From NCBI GenBank assembly GCA_965237415.1, contig CBDEFM010000002.1, forward strand, positions 2,016,001 to 2,080,000: a stretch of 64,000 bases of DNA, written 5' to 3'. A model generated the notes under the pieces. The model had not been told where the DNA came from and did not search any database. It saw only the letters and a program-made list of their open reading frames with translations. This document shows, in pieces, positions 53,189-62,914 of the stretch (position 1 is the first letter of the stretch; each line of letters opens with the position of its first letter). The stretch comes from Alphaproteobacteria bacterium. GTDB taxonomy: Bacteria > Pseudomonadota > Alphaproteobacteria > UBA828. Position numbers and translations under genes: made by a program.

Positions 53189-54741
53189 GGGGCCGCTCCT
53201 GCCTCAGACGCCGGTTGCGCTCGGTCGGCGCCCTCCTCCGCGCCCAGCGCGTAGCCCATAATGGCTTGCTCGGTGATCTCGTCGCCAATCAGCTCCTTGA
53301 CCATGCGCCCGCGGTACATGACCAGCACCCGGTCGCAGATGTTCACGAGTTCCGGAATCTCCGTCGTGTAGTAGAGGATGGCGGCGCCGGCCTTGGCCAG
53401 CGCACGGATCAACACGTAGATCTCGTGCTTGGTGCCGATATCGACGCCGCGCGTCGGGTCGAAGGTCAGCAGCACCTGGCTCCGCGCCAGCAGCCACTTG
53501 GCGATGGCGATCTTCTGCTGGTTGCCGCCCGAGAAGGAGGAGACGGTCTTGTAAAGCGCGCGGGGGTGCACCCGAAGGTCGTTCAGCACCTCGTCCACGG
53601 CGGCGGCCTCGGCCTTGCGGTCGATCCAGCCTGCCGTCGCGAAGCGGTCGATGATCGGGATCGAGGCGTTGGCGCTCCCGGTGAGCCTGAGGAAGAGCGC
53701 CTCGGTCTTGCGGTCTTCCGGCACCATGCTGATGCCGACGCGCACCGCATCGGCTGGCGAGGCGAGCGTCAGCGGCCGACCGCCGAGCGCGATGGTGCCA
53801 CTGTCCACGCCGCGCTCGCCGAAAAGCGCCTCGAAGAGCTCGCGCTGGCCCATGCCCTGGAGCGCGCCGATGCCGAGCACCTCGCCGGGCCAGAGCTGAA
53901 AGGAAAGATCGTCCAGCGTGCCGCCGATCGTGAGCCCCTCGCCGGCGAAGGCCGGTGTTGCCGCGTCGGCCTGGCGGTAGTTCTCACGCTCCGGATAGAT
54001 CGCGCCGAGAGAGCGGCCGATGACGAGGCTGACCACCTCGTCGTCGCTCACCTCGTCGATCTCGTAGGAGCCCACATGCAAGCCATTGCGGAGCACGGTG
54101 AGGCTCTGGCAGAAGCGGCGCACCTCGGCCATGCGGTGCGAGATGAAGACGATCGTCACGCCCTCTGCGTTAAGGCTGTCGATGAGGTCTCCCAACCAGT
54201 CCACGTCGGAGGCCGACAGCGTCGATGTGGGCTCATCGAGCAACAGCACCCGGGGCTCCCGCGCGACCGCCTTCGCGATCTCGATCTTCTGGCGGGTGGA
54301 GAGCACGAGGTCGCTCACCAACGCGTTGGGGTCCACGTCCTCGAGGCCGAGGCGGGCGAAGTGCTGGACGACGGCGCGCTTGCTCCCGCGCCGGTCGATC
54401 TGCCCTGCGACCAGCGGCTCGTAGGGCAGCAGCATGTTTTGGGTGACGGTCAGATCGTCGATCAGGGTCATTTCCTGAAAGGCCGTCTGAATGCCGAACG
54501 CATGGGCGCGGGCTGGCCGCCCGATCACCACGTCGTCGCCGAACACACGGATGTGGCCCGTGTCCTCGCGGACCAGCCCGGCCAGGATTTTGACGAGGGT
54601 GGACTTGCCGGCGCCGTTCTCGCCGATCAGCGCCCGAATCTCACCCTGCGGAATGGAGAAGGATACATCGTCAAGAGCGACAGTGGCGTCGAACCGCTTG
54701 GAGAGGCCCTCGACCTCAATGGCGGGCGCCGCATCGTTCAT
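53185..54741 (-). CDS. Sugar-type ABC ATP-binding protein (RbsA-like, two domains)
   Basis: GENGAGKST, LDEPT, ISHR, PEDRK, SGGNQQK, DPTRGVD. Confidence 0.93.
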   Translation of the reverse strand: MNDAAPAIEVEGLSKRFDATVALDDVSFSIPQGEIRALIGENGAGKSTLVKILAGLVREDTGHIRVFGDDVVIGRPARAHAFGIQTAFQEMTLIDDLTVTQNMLLPYEPLVAGQIDRRGSKRAVVQHFARLGLEDVDPNALVSDLVLSTRQKIEIAKAVAREPRVLLLDEPTSTLSASDVDWLGDLIDSLNAEGVTIVFISHRMAEVRRFCQSLTVLRNGLHVGSYEIDEVSDDEVVSLVIGRSLGAIYPERENYRQADAATPAFAGEGLTIGGTLDDLSFQLWPGEVLGIGALQGMGQRELFEALFGERGVDSGTIALGGRPLTLASPADAVRVGISMVPEDRKTEALFLRLTGSANASIPIIDRFATAGWIDRKAEAAAVDEVLNDLRVHPRALYKTVSSFSGGNQQKIAIAKWLLARSQVLLTFDPTRGVDIGTKHEIYVLIRALAKAGAAILYYTTEIPELVNICDRVLVMYRGRMVKELIGDEITEQAIMGYALGAEEGADRAQPASEAGAAP

Positions 54742-54762
54742 GCGTGCCCGCGCGGAAAAATG

Positions 54763-54803
54763 TGCGCCGGGGCCCTGATCGGCTCTTGGCCGGCCCCGGC
54801 GCA
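54763..54803 (-). terminator. Intercistronic stem-loop after the solute-binding protein gene
   Basis: 12-bp inverted repeat tgcgccggggcc (54763-54774) / ggccccggcgca (54792-54803), followed on the minus strand by a short U run. Confidence 0.5.
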
Positions 54804-54842
54804 GCGGTCGTCATGGATCATGGCGGACGAGCCGCCGATCCC

Positions 54843-55979
54843 TCAGCTTTCGTCGTCCAGCAACCCTTCGGTGGCCGCGCGGAAACCGAGCTCGGGCACC
54901 TGGGGCGACCAGAAGTCAATGGCATAGTCAGGCGGGACGATGCCGGGCTTGATGGTGTTGCAGCCCGCCGCGAACTCGTCCGCCGTGCCGTTTTCGCAGA
55001 GCTTCACGTTGTCCTGCGTGACCTCGACGCCGGTGTACCACCTGAGGTGCGGTACTTCGTTGCCGTCAAGCACCTCCATGGCGGTCTTAAAGGTGTAGGA
55101 CACGGCCCAGAGGCCCGACCCGATCGACTGGCCCGTCTTGCCGAGCGCGCCTTCGATCCCGGAATCGACCGGCAGCATCTGCAGCCGGTTGCCGTTCGCC
55201 GACTCGCCCGCACACGGGATGATTGGGTTATCGGGCCACCATCCGTCTTCCACCTGCATTTGCGAGACCGTGTAGCAGCCGGTCTGCGCCACGATGCCGT
55301 CGATATCGGCCCAGCTCCTGGTGGCCAGCAGCTCACGCATCTTGAGGCGGGCTTCGGAGTGGCTCCACATGCCGACGAGCTCGGCCTGCACGTTGACCTC
55401 GGGATGCCGGGCTACGGCCTGCTTGAAGCCCTTGTGGTGGTCCTCGCCGTAAGACACGCCGGGCACGCCGGTAATCGCAACAATATTGCCCTTGCCGCCC
55501 ATCTGGTCGATCACGTACTGGGTGCGGTAATCGCCGAGCGCGACGCCATCGACCTTCACGACATAGGCGCAGGGTTCGGTCACGCCATTGATCACGGCCA
55601 CGACCACGCCCTTGTTGCACGCGTTCCTGATGACCCTGTTGAGCGCCGTCGGCGAGATCGGGAAGGCCACGATGGCATCCGCGCCGGCCGCGATCATCGC
55701 GTTCATCTGCTGAATCTGCTTCTGCGCGTCGGGGCCCGAGGCCTGGACCCTGAGCTCCACTCGATCGCTGTACTGCGGCGCCCTGGCCATGGCGATGACG
55801 GTGTTCTTCGCTTCCGTCTGCCACGCGTTGCCGACATAGCTCATGCTGTAATAGACGAGGTACTTGCCGTCCTCGGTCTTTGCCTCGGCCTTGTCGGCAG
55901 TCACGCCGGCGGCGAACGCGACGCCCACGCCGACGGCCATCGCCCAGCGGACGAGGCGTTTCGTTGCCCTGATCCTCAC
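54843..55979 (-). CDS. Periplasmic solute-binding protein (RbsB-like fold)
   Basis: Signal peptide, YVGNAWQ, QIQQ...MIAAGADAI...P.SPTAL, G.PG. Confidence 0.9.
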   Translation of the reverse strand: MRIRATKRLVRWAMAVGVGVAFAAGVTADKAEAKTEDGKYLVYYSMSYVGNAWQTEAKNTVIAMARAPQYSDRVELRVQASGPDAQKQIQQMNAMIAAGADAIVAFPISPTALNRVIRNACNKGVVVAVINGVTEPCAYVVKVDGVALGDYRTQYVIDQMGGKGNIVAITGVPGVSYGEDHHKGFKQAVARHPEVNVQAELVGMWSHSEARLKMRELLATRSWADIDGIVAQTGCYTVSQMQVEDGWWPDNPIIPCAGESANGNRLQMLPVDSGIEGALGKTGQSIGSGLWAVSYTFKTAMEVLDGNEVPHLRWYTGVEVTQDNVKLCENGTADEFAAGCNTIKPGIVPPDYAIDFWSPQVPELGFRAATEGLLDDES

Positions 55980-56360
55980 ATCTCCCTCCTCTTATGCTTT
56001 GGTATTCAGCGGTCGATCCTCGTCCTCGAAGTGTGCCGCTCGCGGCCGGGACGAGTCAATCGCCGCCCGTTTCGACCGGCGCCGGGATATGGGCTAGCCC
56101 GGAGTTCTCACCAATGTCACGGCCTGCGTCGCGCCCAGACGTTCGATCCGCCAGGAGCGGGCCGAAAAGCGTAGCCCGGTCTACGGTTGAGGCTCGCGAC
56201 GCCGCGGGCGGGCGTCTGGGCGCGACCCGAAGGGCGACGCTCTCCGGCCGACAGTGTGCGTCACGCCGCTTGCCCGATGCCCCGCATCGCGCTGCGCGCC
56301 GTTCCTGCCCTGTCGGCCGGACAGCGCCGCGCAGACCATGACATTGGTGAGAATTCCGGG

Positions 56361-56493
56361 CTAGTCACCTGACACTGAAGTTGAGATCATTTTCAATTGG
56401 CAGTGTCGTCACACTAAGTCGCTCTATTGTCGAAGAATGTGGTCGTGCAATATAGTTGTCTTTATGTGGCGAACTTCAGATTCAGGTGACTAG
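56361..56493. other. AT-rich 133-bp segment bounded by perfect 12-bp inverted repeats (MITE-like or regulatory)
   Basis: CTAGTCACCTGA (56361-56372) / TCAGGTGACTAG (56482-56493); internal nested dyad GACACTG..TTGA-N8-TCAA..CAGTGTC (56371-56407). Confidence 0.6.
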
Positions 56494-56522
56494 GCTCCCG
56501 CACCGATCAGGGAGGGTGCGAC

Positions 56523-58244
56523 ATGACGGATGCGCGCGACGCCGCCGGGATCGTGGTCGAGACCGACGTCATGGTGAGGATGCGGGACAGCGTGCACCTC
56601 GCCTGCGACGTCTACCGGCCGGCCTCTGGCGGCCCTGTCCCAGCCCTCGTCCAGCGCCAGCCCTACGACAAGCGCGTCGCCCAGACCTACGTCTACGACC
56701 ATCCGGCGGTCTATGCCCGCCACGGCTACGCCGTGGTGATCGAGGACACCCGCGGGCGCTACGCCTCCGAGGGCGAATTCTATCCCCTCCGCCTCGATGC
56801 CGAGGACGGCTACGACACCATCGAATGGTGCGCGGCACAGCCCTGGTGCAACGGCCGAGTGGGGAGCTTCGGCTTCTCCATCTCCGGCGTTAACCAGCTA
56901 CTCGCCGCCGCGCTGCGTCCCCCCCATCTCGCCGCGGCCGTGCCCGGCTTCTATCCGGGCGGCATGTACGAGGGTTTCACCCATGTGGGCGGCACCTTCG
57001 GCCTCGCGGCGGTGATGGACTGGGCGCTGATCATTGCGGGCGAAGCGGCACAACGGCGCGGCGACAAGGAGGTCCTCGGCACCATCGGTGCGGCGCAGGC
57101 GGTCGGCGGCCGCTGGCCGGCGGCGCTTTCGCTCCGGGACATCCCCTTCCTGGAGACTCCGGACCTGCTCCCCTTCCTCAAGGACTATGTGGACCACCCG
57201 GCCCACGGCGCCTATTGGGAGGAATGGGAGCTCGCGCCCCGGCTCGCGCGGATCGACGTGCCGTGCTTCCACGTCAGCGGCTGGTACGACAGCTTCATCC
57301 CCCAGACCATCGCGGCCTACGAGGCGCTGAACGCCGCTGGCCGGGCCGAGCACCGGCTGCTCGTCGGCCCCTGGTATCACATTCCATGGACGCAGCAGGT
57401 GGGCGCCATCGATTTCGGCGACGAGGCGAAGAACGCCGTCAGCGTCTATGAGCGCGCCTGGTTCGATGCCTGGCTGAAGGACGACCGCTCCGCCCTGGAC
57501 GCCTTGCCGCCGGTGCGTGTCTTCGTCACCGGCGAGAACCGCTGGCACGACGCCGACAAATGGCCGCTCGAAGACGCGGGGACCGAGCGCTGGTATCTCC
57601 ATAGCGGCGGCCGCGCCAACTCGCTGAGCGGAGACGGTGCCCTTGACCGGGAGCCGCCTGGCTACGAGCCGCCGGACTTCTTTATCTACAACCCCTTCGA
57701 TCCGGTCCCGAGCATGGGCGGCCATTCCTGCTGCCTGCCGCAGGTCGCGCCCATGGGGCCGATGGACCAGCGCCCGGTCGAGTATCGCAACGACGTGCTG
57801 GTCTACACATCGCCGCCGCTGGATGCGCCCTGTTTCGCCGCCGGCTTCGTCACCGCGCGGCTGAGTGCGGCAACCAGCGCCACCGATACCGACTTCACGG
57901 TCAAGCTCTGCGACGTGGAGCCCGACGGGCGCTCGATCAACCTGTTCGAGGGCGTGATTCGCGGCCGATTTCGCGAGAGCAGGCAAGCCGAAGTGCCGCT
58001 CGAGCTCCATCGGGTCTACGAGTTCGCCATCGATGTGGGCGTGATTTGCCACCTATTCCGCGCCGGGCACCGTGTCCGGGTCGAGGTTTCGAGCAGCAAC
58101 TACCCGGCCTTCGACCGCAACCCAAACACCGGCATGCCGATCGGCAGCGAGCATGCCTTCGACCTTCAGCCCGCACACCAGACCGTGTTTCACGATGGCG
58201 CCCGCCCGTCATTCATCGACCTGCCGGTCATCCGGCGCCCCTGA
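56523..58244 (+). CDS. CocE/NonD-family alpha/beta hydrolase
   Basis: MRD.V.L..DVYRP, R.PY, D.RGRY.SEG, DGYDTIEW, GFSISG nucleophile elbow, GWYD, GPWYH, SSSNYP.FDRN.NTG. Confidence 0.92.
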   Translation: MTDARDAAGIVVETDVMVRMRDSVHLACDVYRPASGGPVPALVQRQPYDKRVAQTYVYDHPAVYARHGYAVVIEDTRGRYASEGEFYPLRLDAEDGYDTIEWCAAQPWCNGRVGSFGFSISGVNQLLAAALRPPHLAAAVPGFYPGGMYEGFTHVGGTFGLAAVMDWALIIAGEAAQRRGDKEVLGTIGAAQAVGGRWPAALSLRDIPFLETPDLLPFLKDYVDHPAHGAYWEEWELAPRLARIDVPCFHVSGWYDSFIPQTIAAYEALNAAGRAEHRLLVGPWYHIPWTQQVGAIDFGDEAKNAVSVYERAWFDAWLKDDRSALDALPPVRVFVTGENRWHDADKWPLEDAGTERWYLHSGGRANSLSGDGALDREPPGYEPPDFFIYNPFDPVPSMGGHSCCLPQVAPMGPMDQRPVEYRNDVLVYTSPPLDAPCFAAGFVTARLSAATSATDTDFTVKLCDVEPDGRSINLFEGVIRGRFRESRQAEVPLELHRVYEFAIDVGVICHLFRAGHRVRVEVSSSNYPAFDRNPNTGMPIGSEHAFDLQPAHQTVFHDGARPSFIDLPVIRRP

Positions 58245-58266
58245 CCGCCAAGAGGAGGACATAAGG

Positions 58267-59460
58267 ATGGCCGACGATCGCACCCACCTCACGCCCGCAA
58301 GCGAAGCATGGATGAGCGGCCGACCGGCCTCGGCGGCGGTCAAGGCTGGCGATCTCGTGTTCCTCTCAGGCCAGGCAAGCGTGACCGACAACGGCCGGGT
58401 GACGGACGCGGGCGATGCAAAGGCCCAGACGCGGAACGCCTTCGCCCGCGTTCGCGGAGTCCTGGAGGCGGCCGGCGCCGGCATGGACGACGTGCTCGAC
58501 GTGATGACCTTTCACAAGGACCCGCGCACGATGGATGCCGCCTTCGCCGCCGGCCGCGAGGTGTTCTCCGAGCCCTACCCGGCGTGGACCGCGCTCGGCA
58601 TGGTGGGCGGCCACGATCCGAACCTCGATGTCGTCGTGCGGGTGATCGCCCACGCAGGCTCCGGCGACAAGCAGGGCGTGACACCTGCGGGCTTCGGCTG
58701 GATGAAGGGACTCCCCGTCTCCGCCGCCTGCCGCAAGGGCGACTACCTCTTCACCAGCGGCATCGTCGCCGCCGACGATGAGGGCGCGGTGGTGGCGCCC
58801 GCCAACCACATGGCGCAGGCGCGCTTCTGCTACGACCGGCTCAAGGACGTGATGCGAGCGGCGGGCGGCTCGCTCGACGATATCGTCGACATGATCTGCT
58901 TCAATCACGACGCCCGCGGCATGGACGCCGCCGTCGATACCTGGTGCAACGAGACGGTCGCGGGGCTCCCCATCGGCGAGGCCACCTCCTACACCGCGAT
59001 CGGCATGACCGGCCTCCACCGGATGGGCCAGGTCGGCTGCTACCGCGCCATTGCGGACTTCAGCGCAGGCCCCCGCGTCGCGCACAACCTGCCGAGCATA
59101 CACTGGCACGACCAGCCCATCTCAGGCGCGAGCCGGAAGAAGAACGGGCGCCTGATCGGCATCTCGGGCCAGGTTGCCTCGGACGGGCAGCAGAACATCA
59201 TCGCGCCCGGCGATGTCGCCTCCCAGGCGCACTACTGCTTCAGCCAGATCAGGGGCGTGCTGGAGAAGCACGGCGCGGGCCTCGACGACATCGTCGAGAT
59301 CGTCTCCTTCCACAAGGACCCCAGAGCCTGGGAGACCGTGATGGCGGTGGGCAGCGAGCTGTTTCAACCGGGTCGCGGCCCGGCCTGGACCCCGATCGGC
59401 TGCACCGGCCTCTACCTCGAAGGCTATCTGCACGAGATCTACGCGATCGCCATGGTGTGA
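58267..59460 (+). CDS. Protein of three tandem Rid (YjgF/UK114) domains
   Basis: Three repeats: GDLVFLSGQ/GDYLFTSGI/GRLIGISGQ; DDVLDVMTFHKDPR/DDIVDMICFNHDAR/DDIVEIVSFHKDPR; PAWTALG/TSYTAIG/PAWTPIG. Confidence 0.88.
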   Translation: MADDRTHLTPASEAWMSGRPASAAVKAGDLVFLSGQASVTDNGRVTDAGDAKAQTRNAFARVRGVLEAAGAGMDDVLDVMTFHKDPRTMDAAFAAGREVFSEPYPAWTALGMVGGHDPNLDVVVRVIAHAGSGDKQGVTPAGFGWMKGLPVSAACRKGDYLFTSGIVAADDEGAVVAPANHMAQARFCYDRLKDVMRAAGGSLDDIVDMICFNHDARGMDAAVDTWCNETVAGLPIGEATSYTAIGMTGLHRMGQVGCYRAIADFSAGPRVAHNLPSIHWHDQPISGASRKKNGRLIGISGQVASDGQQNIIAPGDVASQAHYCFSQIRGVLEKHGAGLDDIVEIVSFHKDPRAWETVMAVGSELFQPGRGPAWTPIGCTGLYLEGYLHEIYAIAMV

Positions 59461-59486
59461 GTGGGGCGCCTGCCAAGGAGAAACCG

Positions 59487-59876
59487 ATGATCACGCTTCG
59501 CAATCCGGATACCGTCGTGGCGCCTGCGTCGTTCTACAGCCAGGCGGCGGAGGTCGGGCCCGGCAAGCGCTGGCTCCACATCTCGGGCCAGGTCGGCGCC
59601 GCCCCGGACGGCACCTTGGCGGAAGGCTTCAAGGCCCAGAGCGATCGGGTCTGGCGCAACATCGCGGCCCTGCTCGGCGCCGCCGACATGGCGATGGAGA
59701 ACCTGGTGATCGTGCGGGCGCTGCTGGTGGACCGCGCTCACTTGGCCGCCTACCGGGAGATCAGGGACCGCCACCTGGGGGGCCATCAGGCGGCGTCGAC
59801 GCTCCTGATCGTCGCCGGCCTCGCCGATGAGCGCTGGCTGATCGAGATCGAGGCTTTGGCTGCCGCCGAGGCCTGA
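59487..59876 (+). CDS. Single-domain Rid family protein
   Basis: YSQA, LHISGQVG, AASTLLIVAGL....LIEIEA; AAGGAG RBS. Confidence 0.9.
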   Translation: MITLRNPDTVVAPASFYSQAAEVGPGKRWLHISGQVGAAPDGTLAEGFKAQSDRVWRNIAALLGAADMAMENLVIVRALLVDRAHLAAYREIRDRHLGGHQAASTLLIVAGLADERWLIEIEALAAAEA

Positions 59877-61040
59877 TCAGGCGGCGTCAGCCTCGGCACC
59901 CACGCCGGCGCCATTCTCGGCCGAGGTGATGGCGCATTCGGATTCACGCCACCACAGCGCGTCCAGATCGGTGACATCGACGCCGCGGTCCCAGATCCGC
60001 GCCTTGATCGGGCCGATGTCGGTATCGAGCGTCTGGTCGAGGTACTTGCCCTTATAGATCGTCGCCCCGCTGGTGCACGGCAACGTGTTGACGCCGCGCT
60101 CGTCGATGCCAGCATCGTGCGGCGTGAGCCTGACCCGCTCCGCCCGCACCGCGATGCAGGCCGGCGATCCCTTCTCGGCCGGGCCGGCGCCGCTCCAGGC
60201 ACCGCTGATCAGATGGCCGCCGATACGCACGCTGGCCGTGCCGTTCTGCACACTCTCGATGGTCCCTTCGAACAGGTTCTCCACCCCCATGAAGTCCGCG
60301 ACGAAGCGGGTCGCGGGCCGGTCGAACAGATCGGTCGGCGGCCCCTCCTGCACGATCCGCCCGCTCCGCATCAGGATGATCCGGTCGCTCATGGTGAGCG
60401 CCTCTTCCTGACTGTGGGTGACATAGATGAAGGTGAGGCCGAGCTTCTCATGCAGGTCGAGGAGCTCCACCTGCATGTCGACACGCAGCTTCTCGTCGAG
60501 CGCGCCCAGCGGCTCGTCCAGCAGCAGGATGGCGGGCTCCGTCACCAGCGCGCGCGCCAGCGCGACCCGCTGACGCTCGCCGCCGGAGAGCTGGTGGACA
60601 CGGCGGCCGTACTTATCCAGCAGGCGGACCAGGGCCAGCGTATCCTCCGCCCGCTGGCGGCGCTGATCCTTGTCGATGCCGCGCACGCGCAACCCGTACT
60701 CGACGTTCTGGCCGACCGACATGTGGGGGAAGAGCGCGTAGTGCTGGAACACCGTCGTGCAGTTGCGCCGTGACGCCGGAATGGCCGAGACGTCCTCGCC
60801 GTCGATGGCGATGCGCGCGATCCGGGTCGGGCTCTCGAGCCCCGCGACGATTCTGAGCAGCGTCGTCTTGCCGGAGCCGCTCTCCCCCAGCAGGGTGAGG
60901 AACTCCCCCCGCCGCGCCGTGATCGACACGTCGTCGAGGGCGACCACATCGCCGAAGTGGTGGGTCGCATGCTCAACCTGCAGGATCTGATCGGCGCCGG
61001 CCGCGGCAGCGCGCGGCGCAACTGCTTCACTGTTTGCCAT
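59877..61040 (-). CDS. Polyamine-type ABC ATP-binding protein (PotA-like)
   Basis: GESGSGKT, VFQ.YALFPHM, LSGGERQR, LDEPLGALD, YVTHSQEEA. Confidence 0.93.
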   Translation of the reverse strand: MANSEAVAPRAAAAGADQILQVEHATHHFGDVVALDDVSITARRGEFLTLLGESGSGKTTLLRIVAGLESPTRIARIAIDGEDVSAIPASRRNCTTVFQHYALFPHMSVGQNVEYGLRVRGIDKDQRRQRAEDTLALVRLLDKYGRRVHQLSGGERQRVALARALVTEPAILLLDEPLGALDEKLRVDMQVELLDLHEKLGLTFIYVTHSQEEALTMSDRIILMRSGRIVQEGPPTDLFDRPATRFVADFMGVENLFEGTIESVQNGTASVRIGGHLISGAWSGAGPAEKGSPACIAVRAERVRLTPHDAGIDERGVNTLPCTSGATIYKGKYLDQTLDTDIGPIKARIWDRGVDVTDLDALWWRESECAITSAENGAGVGAEADAA

Positions 61041-61920
61041 CTCGGCCTCCTCCGAAGGCAAGCTTGATCGCGAGGAAGGTCAGCCCGATGCTCGCGATCG
61101 TCACCAGCGTACTCATCGCATAGATCAAAGGCACGGTCGTGTTGTGCGCGCCCGATTGTATCCACAGATAGAGCGGCAGCGTGTCCTGACCTGCGCGCAT
61201 GAAGATGCTGAAGGGCAGCTCGTTGAACGATAGCAGGAATCCGAAGAAACCCGCGGCGAAGATGCCGGGCTTCAGGATCGGCACCTCGATCTGCCAGAAG
61301 CGCTGCCAGCGGGTGGCGCCTAGATCCTCCGCAGCCTCCATCAGCCGCATGTCGAAGCGGGAGGCGACCACCAGCATCGCCAGCAGCGCGAAGGGGAAGG
61401 CCCAGACGAAATGGGCCAGCGCCAGCGACCAGACGCCCATCTTCACGTGGATCACCAGCCGGTACCACATGAAGAGCCCGACGCCCGCGACGATGCCGGG
61501 CACCATCAGCGGCATGAGGAAGCCGATGAGCAGCGGCCCGCGGTGCCTCACCCTGGGCAGCACCGGCCCCACGATCAGCACCCCGATCACGCACGCGGCA
61601 GAGGTGGCGAAGGCGAGCCCGATCGAGAGCAGCAGCGGATCGCCGACCCGGAAGTTGCTGCCGTAGGCCTCGCCATCGCGCTGGGCGATGTCGGCGTAGA
61701 TTACATCCTCGTACCAGGTGAGCGTCCAGTCGCCCGGAATGCCCGTCAGCGGCTCGCCGCTGATCGAGAGGATCATCAGCCAGACGATCGGCAGATACAG
61801 GATGAACAGCACGCCGTAGCCGAAGAAGAGGCCGGTGCCGCGCGGCAGGCCTTCCACGAACCTGCGCCAGAAGGGCGGGCGCACCCGTGCGTAGGCGATG
61901 GTGTCGGCGGGCACGGTCAT
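61027..61920 (-). CDS. ABC permease (PotC-like)
   Basis: LYLPI, WY, EAAEDLGA, LSFNE, TLP. Confidence 0.9.
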   Translation of the reverse strand: MTVPADTIAYARVRPPFWRRFVEGLPRGTGLFFGYGVLFILYLPIVWLMILSISGEPLTGIPGDWTLTWYEDVIYADIAQRDGEAYGSNFRVGDPLLLSIGLAFATSAACVIGVLIVGPVLPRVRHRGPLLIGFLMPLMVPGIVAGVGLFMWYRLVIHVKMGVWSLALAHFVWAFPFALLAMLVVASRFDMRLMEAAEDLGATRWQRFWQIEVPILKPGIFAAGFFGFLLSFNELPFSIFMRAGQDTLPLYLWIQSGAHNTTVPLIYAMSTLVTIASIGLTFLAIKLAFGGGRDGKQ

Positions 61921-62834
61921 CGGCGGAGGTTCGCGAACACTTCGTTGAGCCCGCCCACGGGCCGGAGCGCGGCCCAGAGCAGGACCTGGAAAGCCAGCAT
62001 GATGCCGAGCACGACTGCGGCAAGCGCGGCGGCGACCAGGAAGTTGGAAACGCCGATCAGGCTTTGCACCTGCGCGCTCAGCATCAGCACGTTATTGCCG
62101 CCCATGTGCTGCGCTACCACCGTGTCGCCGAGCATGGGAATGAAGGTGAAGACGAAGCCGGCGACCACGCCCGGCAGCGCGAGCGGGAAGATGATGTGCA
62201 CGAGCGTCCTGAAGCGATGGGCGCCCAAGTCGTTGCTGGCCTCGAGAAAGTCATTATCGATCAGGCTGATGGAGAGAAAGATCGGCCACACCATGGTGGG
62301 GAAGAAGGCGCCGAGAAAGCCGAAATGCACGGCGAATTCGGAAAAGATCAGCCAGGTCACCGGCTCGTCCACCGCGCCGGTCGCCAGCAGCGCCTGATTG
62401 ACCACCCCGTTGATGCCCAAGACCGAGCGCCAGACGATGACGCGCGCCGCCGGGCTCAGGAAGAACGGTACGGTCAGCGCAGTGAAGGTGAGCAACCGCA
62501 CCATGTCGTTCTTGCAGCCCTTCGCCAGCCACAGCGCGAAGGGGAACGCGATCAGGAGCTCGATGACGGTAATCGTCCCCGCGATACGGACCGAACGCAC
62601 GAGCAGCTTGCCGCCACCGTAGGAAAAGAACCGCTCGTATTGCAGGAACGTCGGATCGATGTTGATCCTGATCCCGCGGCCCTGGAAGAACGAGACCAGG
62701 ATGATCGCGAGCAGCGGGATGACGATGCCGCCGAACCAGACAACGCTGAAGCCCGAGAGCGACCATACCCCTGCCGGCAGGCGCGGCAGCAGGCGGCGCA
62801 CGAAGTCCTCGTTGGCGGTCAGCGCGGCGGCCAT
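61917..62834 (-). CDS. ABC permease (PotB-like)
   Basis: AFPFA, G.NGVVN, EASNDLGA, PL.LPG...G...FIP..G. Confidence 0.9.
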   Translation of the reverse strand: MAAALTANEDFVRRLLPRLPAGVWSLSGFSVVWFGGIVIPLLAIILVSFFQGRGIRINIDPTFLQYERFFSYGGGKLLVRSVRIAGTITVIELLIAFPFALWLAKGCKNDMVRLLTFTALTVPFFLSPAARVIVWRSVLGINGVVNQALLATGAVDEPVTWLIFSEFAVHFGFLGAFFPTMVWPIFLSISLIDNDFLEASNDLGAHRFRTLVHIIFPLALPGVVAGFVFTFIPMLGDTVVAQHMGGNNVLMLSAQVQSLIGVSNFLVAAALAAVVLGIMLAFQVLLWAALRPVGGLNEVFANLRR

Positions 62835-62856
62835 CGCAGCCTAAGCAAAGGGGGCG

Positions 62857-62893
62857 GGGCCTGCCCCGCCGGATCGTCCGGCGGGGCAGGCCC
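62857..62893 (-). terminator. 17-bp perfect stem-loop between solute-binding protein and permease genes
   Basis: gggcctgccccgccgga-tcg-tccggcggggcaggccc. Confidence 0.6.
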
Positions 62894-62914
62894 GGCCCAT
62901 AAGCGAACCGAAGG

